From assembly GCA_031362565.1 (NCBI GenBank), contig JANLSU010000120.1, forward strand, positions 32,001 through 96,000: a stretch of 64,000 nt of DNA, in the 5' to 3' direction. Origin of the DNA: a bacterium (GTDB lineage Bacteria; Krumholzibacteriota; Krumholzibacteriia; G020349025). Both the position numbers and the translations under genes were made by a program. Below, piece after piece: positions 1 through 10,100 of the stretch (the stretch's first letter is position 1; every line of letters begins with the position of its first letter). A model generated the notes under the pieces. It had not been told where the DNA came from and made no database searches. It was given only the letters and a program-made list of their open reading frames with translations.

Positions 1-76
1 CCGGCGCGTGGATATTCGCCGGCGGTGCCGTGCGCTCTCCGCGCAACTCGGCGCCGCCGGCGGCTTCCCGCCGCAA

Positions 77-3000
77 TTACTTCACCAGAATCATCTTCCG
101 CGCCTGGGTCTCGTGACCCGCTTCGACGCGCAGCACGTACACGCCCGTGCTGGCGGCCGTGCCGTCGCGCCGGCGGCCGGACCAGATCGCCGAGTGCCGG
201 CCCGCGGTCTGGGTCTCATCCACGAGCACCGCAACCAGACGGCCCGCCACATCGTGCACCGTGACGCGCACGCGGCCCGTTTCGGGAATCGAGTACCCGA
301 TGACCGTCGTCGGATTGAAAGGATTCGGAACGTTCTGTTCCAGCACCAGCCGCGAGGGCGGCGCGTGATGTGATTGTGCGCCGCCGGTATCGGTCGGCGG
401 CTGCCACGCGATCGAGTCCGGCGGCATCGGCGCCGAGTCCAGCGCATCGACGTTGTCGGAGAGCAAGCCGAGTCCCACGAAGGCACCATTCACCCACACT
501 CCCGGATCAAGACCCAAATCCGCCTCGTCGAACCAGAGATAGTTCGGGTTCATCGGTTCGCCGTCCGGCAATGCGAAGAACACATCGCCCGCAGCAGTGC
601 TCGTGCCGCCCGCCGGCGCCACCGGTCCTGCTTCCCAGTCCACGGCGGTGTATTCGAGACCGATGGCATCGGTCGTGACCGAGAACCCGACGCGAATATC
701 ACCCGGCTCGATCATGCCACCGAGCACCTTGACGATGGAGATCGTCATTCCCGGCCCCGAGCTGGCGCCGGTAGTCGGATTCGTCACCCACGGTGGCACC
801 GGCGCCGCCATCCACGTCATGATCAAGTTCGTGATCTGGTACCGGAGCGCCGGACTCACCCATAGAATGAGCGCGTCGAGATCATCGGTCAGATCGGCGG
901 GACCCGCGCCGCCGGGCGACAAGTCGGTGGCGATCAAACCGATTTCGGATTCGTCGATGAACAAGAGATTCGTCCCGACGCCGGGCGGCATCCCGGGGCC
1001 CTTGGCGCTCATGAAGATGTCGGCCGCAGCGCCGCCATCGTTCACGAACTGCGCGCGCACCGCCGAGCCAGCCGCGCCCACCGAATTGCGCGTTACCGAG
1101 AAAAAGAGCGGCGCATCATTCATCGGGTCGTGCCAAGACATGCCGGGAGGCGGCAGACCGGCACCGCCCACGTGCATGACGCGTTCGTGGACGTTGCCCG
1201 GCATGGCGGGCGCGCCTCCACCAAACCATGGCACGGTGTTCGTCCCGACGCATTCGACGGCGTCGAGTTCGTCTTCCATGACTCCCGTCGTCGTCGCGGC
1301 GGCGCCCGTCAGCCCAAGAATCGGGTGATCCCACACCAGAAGATTGGGTCCGCCGCCCGCCGTGACGCCAGCCAGCCGCGTCAGCACCGGTGTCGCGAAG
1401 ATATCGCCGCCCGCGAGCCCTGGACTCATCCACCCCGCACACGCAACACCCGGATCCGCCGGCATCGCCTGTGTTGCGACGGCGGTGCCCGGCGCTCCCA
1501 CCGACCATGTATCGACACTGAAGCGGAGTGAGACACCCGGCGCCGTCATCATGACACCTGGCTCGGCGTACGGCATGACGCGCGCACTCCACAACGTCGG
1601 CACGGATGCCGGCTCACCGTCCGGGTCGAGAGGCGGCGGCGGTAGTGGCACGCCCGGGCTCGGAAGGAAGCCGAGGCCCATGACATCCGGGAAGTAATCC
1701 TCACCGAACGACACTGCGTCGAGGTTGTCGCGCAATGGGGCCATGGGTGGGATCGTCGTCCAAAGCGGCGGCAGTACCCCCGGGCCGACCATGAGCCCGA
1801 TCGCCATGGCTTGAACGATTTGACTGTTCGTGCCATCGGGTGGGCCCGCGGGCAAAGGCGGCGGTGGCGCCGAGAGGAAGAGTTCCGGTTCGGACGGCAC
1901 TCCAAACACGAGATAGTCGTTCACATCGCCGGTCCGGAATGTCGCGACGCCGGTCGCTTGCGGCACCGCCGGAGCGCGAATGCACGACCCCATCGGGTTG
2001 CCGGGTTGCAGCGGCACTTGCGGCGAAATGGGCAAGACACCGCGCGCGTCGCGAATGCCTTCGGTGTTGGGATCCACCGGACCATTCACCGAGAATGTCA
2101 CCGCGACGCCCGCATCGGCGAAGGCCGTGATTGGAACACCGCTTCCCGGCCCCGCGCCCGGCGCCAGGCGCACGAACATATCATCGAAGCCGTTGGTGTC
2201 GCCGCCCGCGCCCAGGAGATTCGTCGCGAAGCTCCGGAACGCGACACTGCTCCCATCGTCGGACAGCGAATTCTCGGCGCTCATGGCGTCGCCCGGTGTG
2301 CCACCGGCCGACCGGCTCGCGCACCAAGTCAATCCACGCGTCCGCGCCCGCACGTACACGTGCTGCGTCGGACCGGTCGCGCCAAGATTTGTCGCCAGGC
2401 TCACGAACGACACGTATTGGCCGTTGCCGGAGATGGCCGCCAGATTGCTCGCCCCATTGGCTTCGGCGCCTCCTGATGCAACGTTCACCCGCAGCGTGCG
2501 GCCGGACAGGCGATCGCGCACGAAGATGTCGTCGACGCCATTGGTGTCCCCGGCGACGAGGTCGGGCGCGCCGCTCGTGAAGACAACGTTGGCGCCCGCG
2601 TCATCGAGGGACGGGAAGTTGCTGAAGCCCGTCGCTTGTGCGCCCACCGAGCTGACGCTGGCACGCGAGAAGCGGGTACTCGAGACTTCGTACACGTACA
2701 CATCTTCGGTGCCGTTCGTATCGATGCCGGGAGCCAAAAGGTTGGCGGCGTTGGTCACGAAGGCCACGGTGTTGCCGTCGCCCGAAATGGCGGGTGTAAC
2801 GCAATCCATGTTGGCGCCGCCACTGACGCGGCTCGTCATGCCGGTGCTCATGACGCGCAGGAAGCAGTCCCGGCTCATATTCATGTCGACTTGCCCCGTG
2901 AGGTTTGTCGCATCACTGTCGAAGACGACGCGATCGCCGTCATCCGAGATCGCGAACGAATAGACCCGGCTCGGGCCGTTCGCGGCGCCGCCGCCGAACG

Positions 3001-3457
3001 CCACGCTGACGAGTACTGTCGCCGTGCCACCCGCTTCGTCGAAGACGCCGTTGCCGTCGCTATCGCGGTCGTACCGGTACACGTCGACGACGTTGGCGCC
3101 GGGCGCTTGAAATGCGACATAACGTCCGTTCCCCGAGATCGCCGGCCGGCGCGCGCCGGCGATGGCCGGAGTCAGGAGCACGGTGACGCCGGTCAGATTG
3201 TCGTGCACGAAGATATCTTCGTCGCCGCCGTCGCCGGCGACGAGGTTGGAGGCGGGGCTCGCAAACGCGACCCAGCGGCCGGCGTCCGAGAGCACCGGAA
3301 TATCATTGTCGACCGAGAGATTGCCTTGCACGCCGGCACTGCTGACGTGCGCGTTCAGAACCGACTGCGCATGAGCAGTGGAAGTCATCGTCAATGCGAT
3401 GCAGACCGTGAGCGCGAGCTTGGGCGCCAGCGGGCGCCCACCGTTCCTGCGTTCCAT
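77..3457 (-). CDS. Secreted TolB-like/PD40 beta-propeller protein with internal repeat region and C-terminal FlgD-Ig/T9SS-type-A-like domain
   Basis: Start moved to ATG 3457 (GGGAG upstream), giving signal peptide ...LALTVCIALTMTSTAHA-QS. Repeated 'PAISGNGRYVAF..A.NLV.GDTNG..DIFV' units. C-terminus 'LEQNVPNPFNPTTVIGY...HDVAGRLV...GVYVLRVEAG...RKMILVK'. Confidence 0.85.
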   Translation of the reverse strand: MERRNGGRPLAPKLALTVCIALTMTSTAHAQSVLNAHVSSAGVQGNLSVDNDIPVLSDAGRWVAFASPASNLVAGDGGDEDIFVHDNLTGVTVLLTPAIAGARRPAISGNGRYVAFQAPGANVVDVYRYDRDSDGNGVFDEAGGTATVLVSVAFGGGAANGPSRVYSFAISDDGDRVVFDSDATNLTGQVDMNMSRDCFLRVMSTGMTSRVSGGANMDCVTPAISGDGNTVAFVTNAANLLAPGIDTNGTEDVYVYEVSSTRFSRASVSSVGAQATGFSNFPSLDDAGANVVFTSGAPDLVAGDTNGVDDIFVRDRLSGRTLRVNVASGGAEANGASNLAAISGNGQYVSFVSLATNLGATGPTQHVYVRARTRGLTWCASRSAGGTPGDAMSAENSLSDDGSSVAFRSFATNLLGAGGDTNGFDDMFVRLAPGAGPGSGVPITAFADAGVAVTFSVNGPVDPNTEGIRDARGVLPISPQVPLQPGNPMGSCIRAPAVPQATGVATFRTGDVNDYLVFGVPSEPELFLSAPPPPLPAGPPDGTNSQIVQAMAIGLMVGPGVLPPLWTTIPPMAPLRDNLDAVSFGEDYFPDVMGLGFLPSPGVPLPPPPLDPDGEPASVPTLWSARVMPYAEPGVMMTAPGVSLRFSVDTWSVGAPGTAVATQAMPADPGVACAGWMSPGLAGGDIFATPVLTRLAGVTAGGGPNLLVWDHPILGLTGAAATTTGVMEDELDAVECVGTNTVPWFGGGAPAMPGNVHERVMHVGGAGLPPPGMSWHDPMNDAPLFFSVTRNSVGAAGSAVRAQFVNDGGAAADIFMSAKGPGMPPGVGTNLLFIDESEIGLIATDLSPGGAGPADLTDDLDALILWVSPALRYQITNLIMTWMAAPVPPWVTNPTTGASSGPGMTISIVKVLGGMIEPGDIRVGFSVTTDAIGLEYTAVDWEAGPVAPAGGTSTAAGDVFFALPDGEPMNPNYLWFDEADLGLDPGVWVNGAFVGLGLLSDNVDALDSAPMPPDSIAWQPPTDTGGAQSHHAPPSRLVLEQNVPNPFNPTTVIGYSIPETGRVRVTVHDVAGRLVAVLVDETQTAGRHSAIWSGRRRDGTAASTGVYVLRVEAGHETQARKMILVK

Positions 3458-3844
3458 CCGAGTACTCCCATCGAGATCGCGCCACGTTTCCATCCGGGCG
3501 CGTGCCGTGCCAGTGCCCCCCGCGCAGGCGCGGAGCGCTGGCTTGAACATGTCGACCGGGGATGGGCGGTCGTGGGCGGGGGGTTCGCTCGGGATGGGAA
3601 GCGTCACCGATACACCGTGGAGGAACTGCATTTCGCATTCCCAGACGGTAGCGATGAAAAAACGCGTCTCAATCAACAGTGAATAGCGCGATTAACAGGG
3701 GCCGTCGACTGAAGACTGACCCGTTCGCTTGCCGTGGGCGCGAAAAGCCTGCGCGCAGCGCGCACCGGTTGCGCGGCCGCGACGCGAACGCTGCCCCCGG
3801 TTTTCAAACCGGCGCGCGTACGCCATCCTCGTTCCCCGGGGGGG

Positions 3845-5778
3845 TGGACGACCTGGGATCGAAACCTGCAGAAGTGCGCGTCATTGCCGGGCTCGGCGCC
3901 GTGTTCCTGGTTTTCCAGGCCTTGGGTGCGGGGCCGCTCCGCACGACTTTTTGGGGCTTTCACCTTCTGGCCTTCGTACCGGTTGCGGCGGCGGCCGGGG
4001 TTTTCGCGGCGTCGCTGGCAGTGCTCGCGTGGCTCGTGCTCGCGCCCACTGAAACCGCCCCGCGCTTCATGGCGCCGCTCGAGCGCGCCGCGGCGTCGCG
4101 CCTCGCGCTGCCGGTGCTTGCCGTCGCGATGACCGCTGCCCTAGTGCTTTTTCGCTCGCACCAAACGGTGCTTGGCGACGCGCTGCCGCTCATCACCGAT
4201 TTGCCGGCGGGCGCCACGTTCCATCCGCGTGAGCCGCTGACGATGCTCGTGCAGTCGACGGTCTATGGCTGGTTCTCGCACGGCAAGGCGCTTCCAACGG
4301 CCGAGGGCGTGGCGACGGCGACCACGTCGGCGCAGACGGTGAGCATCGTCTGCGGCGCACTGTTCATCCTCGTGGCGTTCGACCTCGTGCGGTCCATTTT
4401 CCAACCGCCCACACCGGCTGCATCAACAGCACCGGACAAAGCACGCCAGCGTCTTGCGGCGAGCGGCCGCAACGCCACCATCCTGCTCGGCACACTGGCG
4501 CTCGGCCTGCAGGGATACGCCCTGCTCTTCTTCGGTTATTTGGAGAACTACGCGGTCGATGCGCTGCTGATCGCAGTCGTGCTGGCGACGGGCGTGCGGG
4601 TGCTGGCCGGACGCCTGCCGCTCGCGGTACCACTCGTGGCGGCAGTGCTCGCGTTTGGATTGCACCTGTCACAGATCGCGCTGCTGCCGGCGCTCGCGAT
4701 CCTGGTGGGATTCGAATTGCGCTCACCGACGCGGCGCCAAGCCGCCTGGCGCGACCTGGCGATCGCGGCGCTGGGGGTCGTGGTGTTGGACCGGTTCCTG
4801 GCGTCGCGGCCGGGCGGCATGTCGTTATGGGCTGCGGCACAGAACATCTTGGCGACCGCAACCAACGACCAAGGCACCGGCGGCGGCATCGGCTATGTCT
4901 TGTCGGCGCGCCACAGCCGCGATTTTCTGAACGACCAGTTCTTGATGGGCCCCTGGGCGGCGGCACTCTTCGTGCCGGGCGCTCTCTTCGCATGGCGGCG
5001 CCGCGCGTTCAGCGATCGCCGACTCGTCTTCCTCGCAATCGCCGCGGCGTCCTATCTCGTGGCGTCATGGATCACCGCCGACCCGCAACTCGGCTACCCG
5101 CGCGACTGGGACATTTTCGCGCCGGCGGGCGTCGCTTACACGGTTGCGGGCCTGGCGCTTTGGAACGCCGCGACGCGGTCGCCGTTTACGTGGTGGCGTA
5201 TTTTGGCGTCCGTTGTGGTGCTTTCGGGGCTGCATTTGGCGGTTTGGGTGGCACTCAATCACTCCGAGCCGCGCGCCATGGCGCGCTTTGCAACCCTGCC
5301 GCTTGGGCTCGGGCGGACGGAAATGGTGTTGGGAAACTGGTATCGGCGCCAGGGCAACAACGACGAGGCCGAGCGTTGGTTGCGCCGCTCGGTCGAAGCC
5401 TCGCCGCGAAATGCGAACTCTTGGGCGTTCCTCGGCCAAATCGCCGCCGACCGCCAAGACTTCCAGGGCGTCATCGCAGCCTATACGAAGGCGGTCGCGC
5501 TGCGCCCGGACAAACTCGTTTTCCGCCACAACTTGGTGTTGGCGTACGAATACACGGATCAGCCGGCACTGGCGATTCCGCATTACGAAATCCTGTGCCG
5601 CACGGAGCCGAATCTGGTTTGGAACTGGATGGGTTCTGCGAGCGCCCTGCGCCGCACCGGCCATCCCGCCGAGGCCCGCGCGGTGCTGCAACGGGCCCGG
5701 CCGATTCTCGACCGCTATCTGGCGTCGTCGCCGCCCGACTCCATTGCCGCAACCATCCGGTCGGCACTCGCCGAATGA
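3845..5778 (+). CDS. Polytopic membrane protein (possible GT-C-type glycosyltransferase) with C-terminal TPR repeats
   Basis: More than 10 hydrophobic segments, 'FFGYLENYA' and 'RDWDIFAP' loops, TPR-like tail (AERWLRRSVEASPRNANSWAFLG). Start uncertain: GTG 3845 chosen, ORF open from 3679. Confidence 0.65.
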
Positions 5779-5782
5779 TCCC

Positions 5783-6577
5783 TCAGGGTTTGGGAGCGCC
5801 CGTCGAGGCTCCGGAGCCGGTGTTCGCCATCTTGAACACGTAGAGCATGTTGGTGGAATCGCTGACGACGTACACCCGCTTGGTCACATCGTCGACGGCG
5901 ACCCCTTCGGGCTTCGGAAAGGGCAGGACGTAGTCGCGCAGCACACCTTTGTTCTTGTCCCACAGGTAGAGCGCTTGCGACTGATCGCTCAAAATCCAAA
6001 AGCAGCCCGGCTGCGGGGTCGCGAAGAGATCCGAGTAGTCGCCTGCAAACGTCAGCTTCTGCTGTGTTGCAATCGTGTGGTCCGGTTTGAGCTCGATAAA
6101 CAGGCCGGGTTTTTTCTCGTTCAACACGAACATGTGCCCGGCGTGATCCAAGCAAATTCCCTCGAGGCCGGAGTTTTTCTTGCCGGCGAGGCCGAGGCTC
6201 TGGCGCTCGAGCACGTTGCCTTCGAGATCGAGATGGACGACTTCGCGCCGGTTTTCTTCGACGACCCACAAGGTCCGGTCGGAGGAATCGTAGGCGATGC
6301 CTTCCAAGTCTTCGCCGGCGTAGCGCAGTTTTTTGAGCGTATGGCCGTAGAGGTCCAACTGATAGACGAAATCGGGATTGTTGGTAACGGTCCACAGAAC
6401 GCCGGCCGAGTCGTCGAGCGTCAATCCGGAGGGCTCCGTGATCGCCAATCGATGCGTCGCCATGAGTTCGAGCGAGCCGGTGACGGGCGTGGCCGCCGGT
6501 GCACGCGACGAACACTGCAACGCCGCAGCGGCGCTCACGGCAATAGCGAGCCGCAGCGCGAGCTTATTGAGGCGCAT
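5783..6577 (-). CDS. SdiA-regulated/YjiK-like beta-propeller protein, probable lipoprotein (copy 2)
   Basis: 'EPSGL', 'DLEGIAY', 'NSGLEGI', 'LSDQS', 'PKPEGVAVD' motifs. Signal peptide ending AAALQC. Confidence 0.8.
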   Translation of the reverse strand: MRLNKLALRLAIAVSAAAALQCSSRAPAATPVTGSLELMATHRLAITEPSGLTLDDSAGVLWTVTNNPDFVYQLDLYGHTLKKLRYAGEDLEGIAYDSSDRTLWVVEENRREVVHLDLEGNVLERQSLGLAGKKNSGLEGICLDHAGHMFVLNEKKPGLFIELKPDHTIATQQKLTFAGDYSDLFATPQPGCFWILSDQSQALYLWDKNKGVLRDYVLPFPKPEGVAVDDVTKRVYVVSDSTNMLYVFKMANTGSGASTGAPKP

Positions 6578-7307
6578 AGATATAGAGAGTGTGCGTGGAG
6601 TCGCTTACGACATAAAACCGGTTGGCGGCTTCGTCGACAGCCAGGCCTTCGGGTTTCGGAAACGGCAGGGTGTATTGCCGGACGACACCACCGGGCCGCG
6701 CCAACAAGGAAATGCTGCGTGACTGATCGCTCAGAATCCAGAAGTGGTCGAGCTCGCTGCTCGCCGCCAGATCCGAGTAGTCGTCGGCGAACGTGAGCGT
6801 CTGTTGCGTGGCGACCGTGTGGTCAGCGCGCAATTCGACGAGCAGCCCTGGATCTTGTTCGTTCAGCACGAACATCCGGCCGCTGCTGTCGAGGCAAATG
6901 CCTTCGATGCCGTGGTTGAGCACGCCGGTGAGGCCGGTCGCGGTTCTCGACAAGACGTCGCCATTCAGGTCGAGGTGCACGACCTCGCGGCTCGCCTCCT
7001 CGGCAACCCACAGGGTGCGGTCCGAGCGATCGTAGGTGATGCCCTCGAGGTCCACGCCGTCGTAATTCAGGCGCTTGATCACTTGCCCGGACATGTCGAG
7101 ATGGTAGACGTGCTGATTGGTGACCGCCCACAGCGACGTGGCGGAATCATTGATCGCAAGGCCGGATGGTTCGTTGATGCTGAGCACGCGGCTTGCAACC
7201 AGGTTCAGCCGACTGGTCGGTGGCTTGATCGGTGAACCGGATCCACAACCGAGCCAGAAAGCGCCGAGCGCCAGACAGAGCAGCCCGAGCCGCGATTTTC
7301 GTTTCAC
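6564..7307 (-). CDS. SdiA-regulated/YjiK-like beta-propeller protein, probable lipoprotein (copy 1)
   Basis: Same motif set (EPSGL, DLEGITY, NHGIEGI, LSDQS, PKPEGL). Lipobox-like FWLGC. Clear paralog of 5783..6577. Confidence 0.8.
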   Translation of the reverse strand: MKRKSRLGLLCLALGAFWLGCGSGSPIKPPTSRLNLVASRVLSINEPSGLAINDSATSLWAVTNQHVYHLDMSGQVIKRLNYDGVDLEGITYDRSDRTLWVAEEASREVVHLDLNGDVLSRTATGLTGVLNHGIEGICLDSSGRMFVLNEQDPGLLVELRADHTVATQQTLTFADDYSDLAASSELDHFWILSDQSRSISLLARPGGVVRQYTLPFPKPEGLAVDEAANRFYVVSDSTHTLYIYAPQ

Positions 7308-7367
7308 TGTTGGTGTCCCCTCGATGCCGTTGGATCCGCTCCATCCCCCGATTGGAGCGGCTCCCTT

Positions 7368-8045
7368 TCAGAACTGTTCTTCGTCGAAGTACAGGTTGAT
7401 CTTACTGACCCCCTGCACATTATGCAACTCGCGCACGAAGTCGCCGTTCTTTTCCTTCTCGCGAAGCTGCACGTAGTACGAGACCTCCAACACTTGTTTG
7501 TCGGTACCCAAGGACCGCGTGTTGATGACCTTGTGCCGCTCACAATGCTTCTTGAACACCGGCAGGAACCCGGGCGGTTCGTCGCCGACCATCTTGTAGG
7601 AGAACTGCAGAAGGTACTCGTCCTTCCACGGACCCAGGGCATCGCTGCGGGCGAACAGGTAGATCATCAGGCCCACAGACAGCGTACCGATGACGGCCAG
7701 CTTGTGGTACCCGACGCCGGCGGTCATGCCGATCGACAGTGCGAAGAAAATGTAGACGATGTCCTGGGTGTCCTTGATGGCGGTACGGAAGCGGATGATC
7801 GACATCGCACCGACCAGTCCAAAGGCGCGGGCCAGGTTGCTGCCGATCGTCAGAATGACCAGCGACGTGATCATGCTCAGCAACACGAGCGAGTTCACGA
7901 ACGTCGTCGAGTACCCGGGGCCCTTGTAGGTCCGCCGGTACAGCCACGCGATGAACATCCCGCATATCAGAGCAACTGCAATGTTGCTGAAGATCTGCAC
8001 GACGGTTATTGGGAAGAGATCGGAACTCTGAAGGTCAGTGAACAT
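7368..8045 (-). CDS. DUF4956 domain membrane protein
   Basis: 'IGSNLARAFGLVGAMSIIRFRTAIKDTQDIVYIFFALSIGM' signature. Adjacent to a VTC-domain gene, the usual context. Confidence 0.9.
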   Translation of the reverse strand: MFTDLQSSDLFPITVVQIFSNIAVALICGMFIAWLYRRTYKGPGYSTTFVNSLVLLSMITSLVILTIGSNLARAFGLVGAMSIIRFRTAIKDTQDIVYIFFALSIGMTAGVGYHKLAVIGTLSVGLMIYLFARSDALGPWKDEYLLQFSYKMVGDEPPGFLPVFKKHCERHKVINTRSLGTDKQVLEVSYYVQLREKEKNGDFVRELHNVQGVSKINLYFDEEQF

Positions 8046-8063
8046 CGGTGACTCCTCTCTCGG

Positions 8064-8846
8064 TTAATGGGCTTCGTCTCGAACCGGCGAGAACGCCCGG
8101 CTCTTCATCTGTGCCCGCTCTCGGAACCCGCGTTCGTTATCCACGCAGATCGTGTATTTGGAGAGAGCCATTCGCGGTAACTCGTATCTATTGACGAGAC
8201 TCTTCACCCACTGAGGCAGTGCCCGCCGGAAGAATTTGACTTCGAGTGTGAAGTAGTGAGCCATTGCATGGTGCAAACAATCATTGTCGTACAACATCTG
8301 CAGCGACGGGAACATCGCGCCACGCAGGTCCTTGTCGAAGGACAGGCGCAGCGACCGGTCGTGTTTGCCGAAGAATGCCTCCCGCTCGTAGACGACGAGC
8401 GCGGCCGGGCGCAATCCGAGACCTTTGTAGTGAAATAGGAAGCGCCGGGCGTCGCGTTTTTCCTCGCCGCCCGGTCCGAGAAGCTGGACATAACGGTCGA
8501 TGTCCCCGGAGGACAAGAGGGTGTCGACATCCTTGTACAGGACCGGCGCCCGGCTCTTTTCGATCAGTTCCATGTCCTTGCGCTTGATTTCCAGGAACGT
8601 GAGACTGTCGTCTTCACACGTTCCGTAGCCGCGAATCCTGAACTTCCGGCGGGCTTTGAGCCCGTCGAGCTTCTGGTCGTAGCATTGGAACCGCAGCGTA
8701 TCGTAGTACACGCTCCGCACGGTGTATTCCGCCGACGGCAGCTTGCCGGAGAACGGGTCGAGTTCGGTATAGGGCCGAATATAATCGCGAACCTCGTCCA
8801 CAAGGTCGTTCGGAACGAGGTATTTGTATTCCGCTCGTCCGGCCAT
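8064..8846 (-). CDS. Polyphosphate polymerase (VTC/CYTH-like) domain protein
   Basis: 'RAEYKY', 'YTVRSVYYDT', 'RRKFRIRGY', 'LEIKRK', 'YEREAF', 'RLSFD', 'LEVKF', 'SKY'. ATG 8846 overlaps the upstream TAA (TAATG). Confidence 0.9.
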   Translation of the reverse strand: MAGRAEYKYLVPNDLVDEVRDYIRPYTELDPFSGKLPSAEYTVRSVYYDTLRFQCYDQKLDGLKARRKFRIRGYGTCEDDSLTFLEIKRKDMELIEKSRAPVLYKDVDTLLSSGDIDRYVQLLGPGGEEKRDARRFLFHYKGLGLRPAALVVYEREAFFGKHDRSLRLSFDKDLRGAMFPSLQMLYDNDCLHHAMAHYFTLEVKFFRRALPQWVKSLVNRYELPRMALSKYTICVDNERGFRERAQMKSRAFSPVRDEAH

Positions 8847-10018
8847 TAGTAGCTCCACCACTGCCGCGGCGTGGGCAGGGTGCGCAAGTAACGCTTGGCG
8901 GATTCGAGCGGCGTGACCGGCGGACAGTCGATGCGGCATTTCACCAGCATGCCCGGCATCAACTCAGTGCCCGACGCATCGAGGCGGGCGGTGGCGATGA
9001 TGACCTTTTCGCCGCGCAGCGAGCGGATTTCGCGGCTCACGCCGATGATCTTGCCGTGCACGGCAGTCGATTGCTGCCAAAACGTCACCGGCGGAGTCGT
9101 GGCGCCCGCCAGTCGCGCGTAATCCTGCAGCCGCAACGGGATCGTCGCGATGTAGTGGCTCGTGTCCGAGATCGTCAGCAGCGTATCGGACGAGAACTCC
9201 CTGGAGATCGTCCCGGTGATCGGCGCGGTGACGGTATAGCTGGCAGCCCGCCCCTGAATGGACGTGATTTCACTCTCGAGCGCTGCGATGTTGGCGTGGA
9301 CGAGTTTGAGCTGCTCCGGCTTGGCACCGCTGCGCGCCGATTCGAGGCTCGTCGCGGCGATCGCGATCTCGTCGTTCAAGGTATTGGCTTCGGCTTCGAC
9401 GCGTTCGTACTCGCCTTGGGAGATGAGATTCTGCGTCAGCAGGTTGCGGCTGCGAGCCATGACCTTTTGATGTTCTTGCATGCGGCGTTTTGCCGCGTCC
9501 AGCCGCTGCTGGGCTTCGCGGACGACTGCCGCCTTTTCGCCGGTGGAAGTGACCTCCAGCATTTGGCGCGCCGTGGCGAGTTCGCCGTTTAGCGTCACGA
9601 GACGTTCTTGCATCTCGCTCGAGAAGACGCTGCCGAGGGTGTCACCCCTGGAGACGACTTGCCCGGGTGCGAGCGACGCCAGAACCGAGAAGTACACTGA
9701 GCTGCCACGGTTGAAGTTGAAGACACCGTAGCCTTCGCTCAGGCCTGTCTCGTAGTTGAAGGTATTCGCAACGAGCTGTCCATCCTGGCCCCGGAGCAGC
9801 ATCCACCGGTGCGCCGGCGAGATCTTGCCGTACGTGTCGACCGCGATCGGAAAAGCGATGGGAAGAAACAGCACCGTGCCGCTGATGAGCGCCAGAGCAA
9901 CGAGCGCCGCAGCGCGTGATTTGAGCCACAGCGGCATGCGACGAGCAGGCCGAGGCGGCAATAAGGGATGTACCTTCAGTTCCGGAGTTTCGGTTTGAAG
10001 GGGTCTTGATGGCAACAT
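8846..10018 (-). CDS. HlyD-family membrane fusion/periplasmic adaptor protein
   Basis: N-terminal TM, 'PGQVVSRGDTLG' lipoyl half, long coiled-coil hairpin, 'VTAPITGTI', 'LMPGMLV'. Confidence 0.8.
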   Translation of the reverse strand: MLPSRPLQTETPELKVHPLLPPRPARRMPLWLKSRAAALVALALISGTVLFLPIAFPIAVDTYGKISPAHRWMLLRGQDGQLVANTFNYETGLSEGYGVFNFNRGSSVYFSVLASLAPGQVVSRGDTLGSVFSSEMQERLVTLNGELATARQMLEVTSTGEKAAVVREAQQRLDAAKRRMQEHQKVMARSRNLLTQNLISQGEYERVEAEANTLNDEIAIAATSLESARSGAKPEQLKLVHANIAALESEITSIQGRAASYTVTAPITGTISREFSSDTLLTISDTSHYIATIPLRLQDYARLAGATTPPVTFWQQSTAVHGKIIGVSREIRSLRGEKVIIATARLDASGTELMPGMLVKCRIDCPPVTPLESAKRYLRTLPTPRQWWSY

Positions 10019-10100
10019 GGAAGGACTCGCACCCTTCTCGTTCGTTCCACACGCGGGGAATCAAACATGATGATCGAGGGGCGGAACGTTCGCGAACAAG

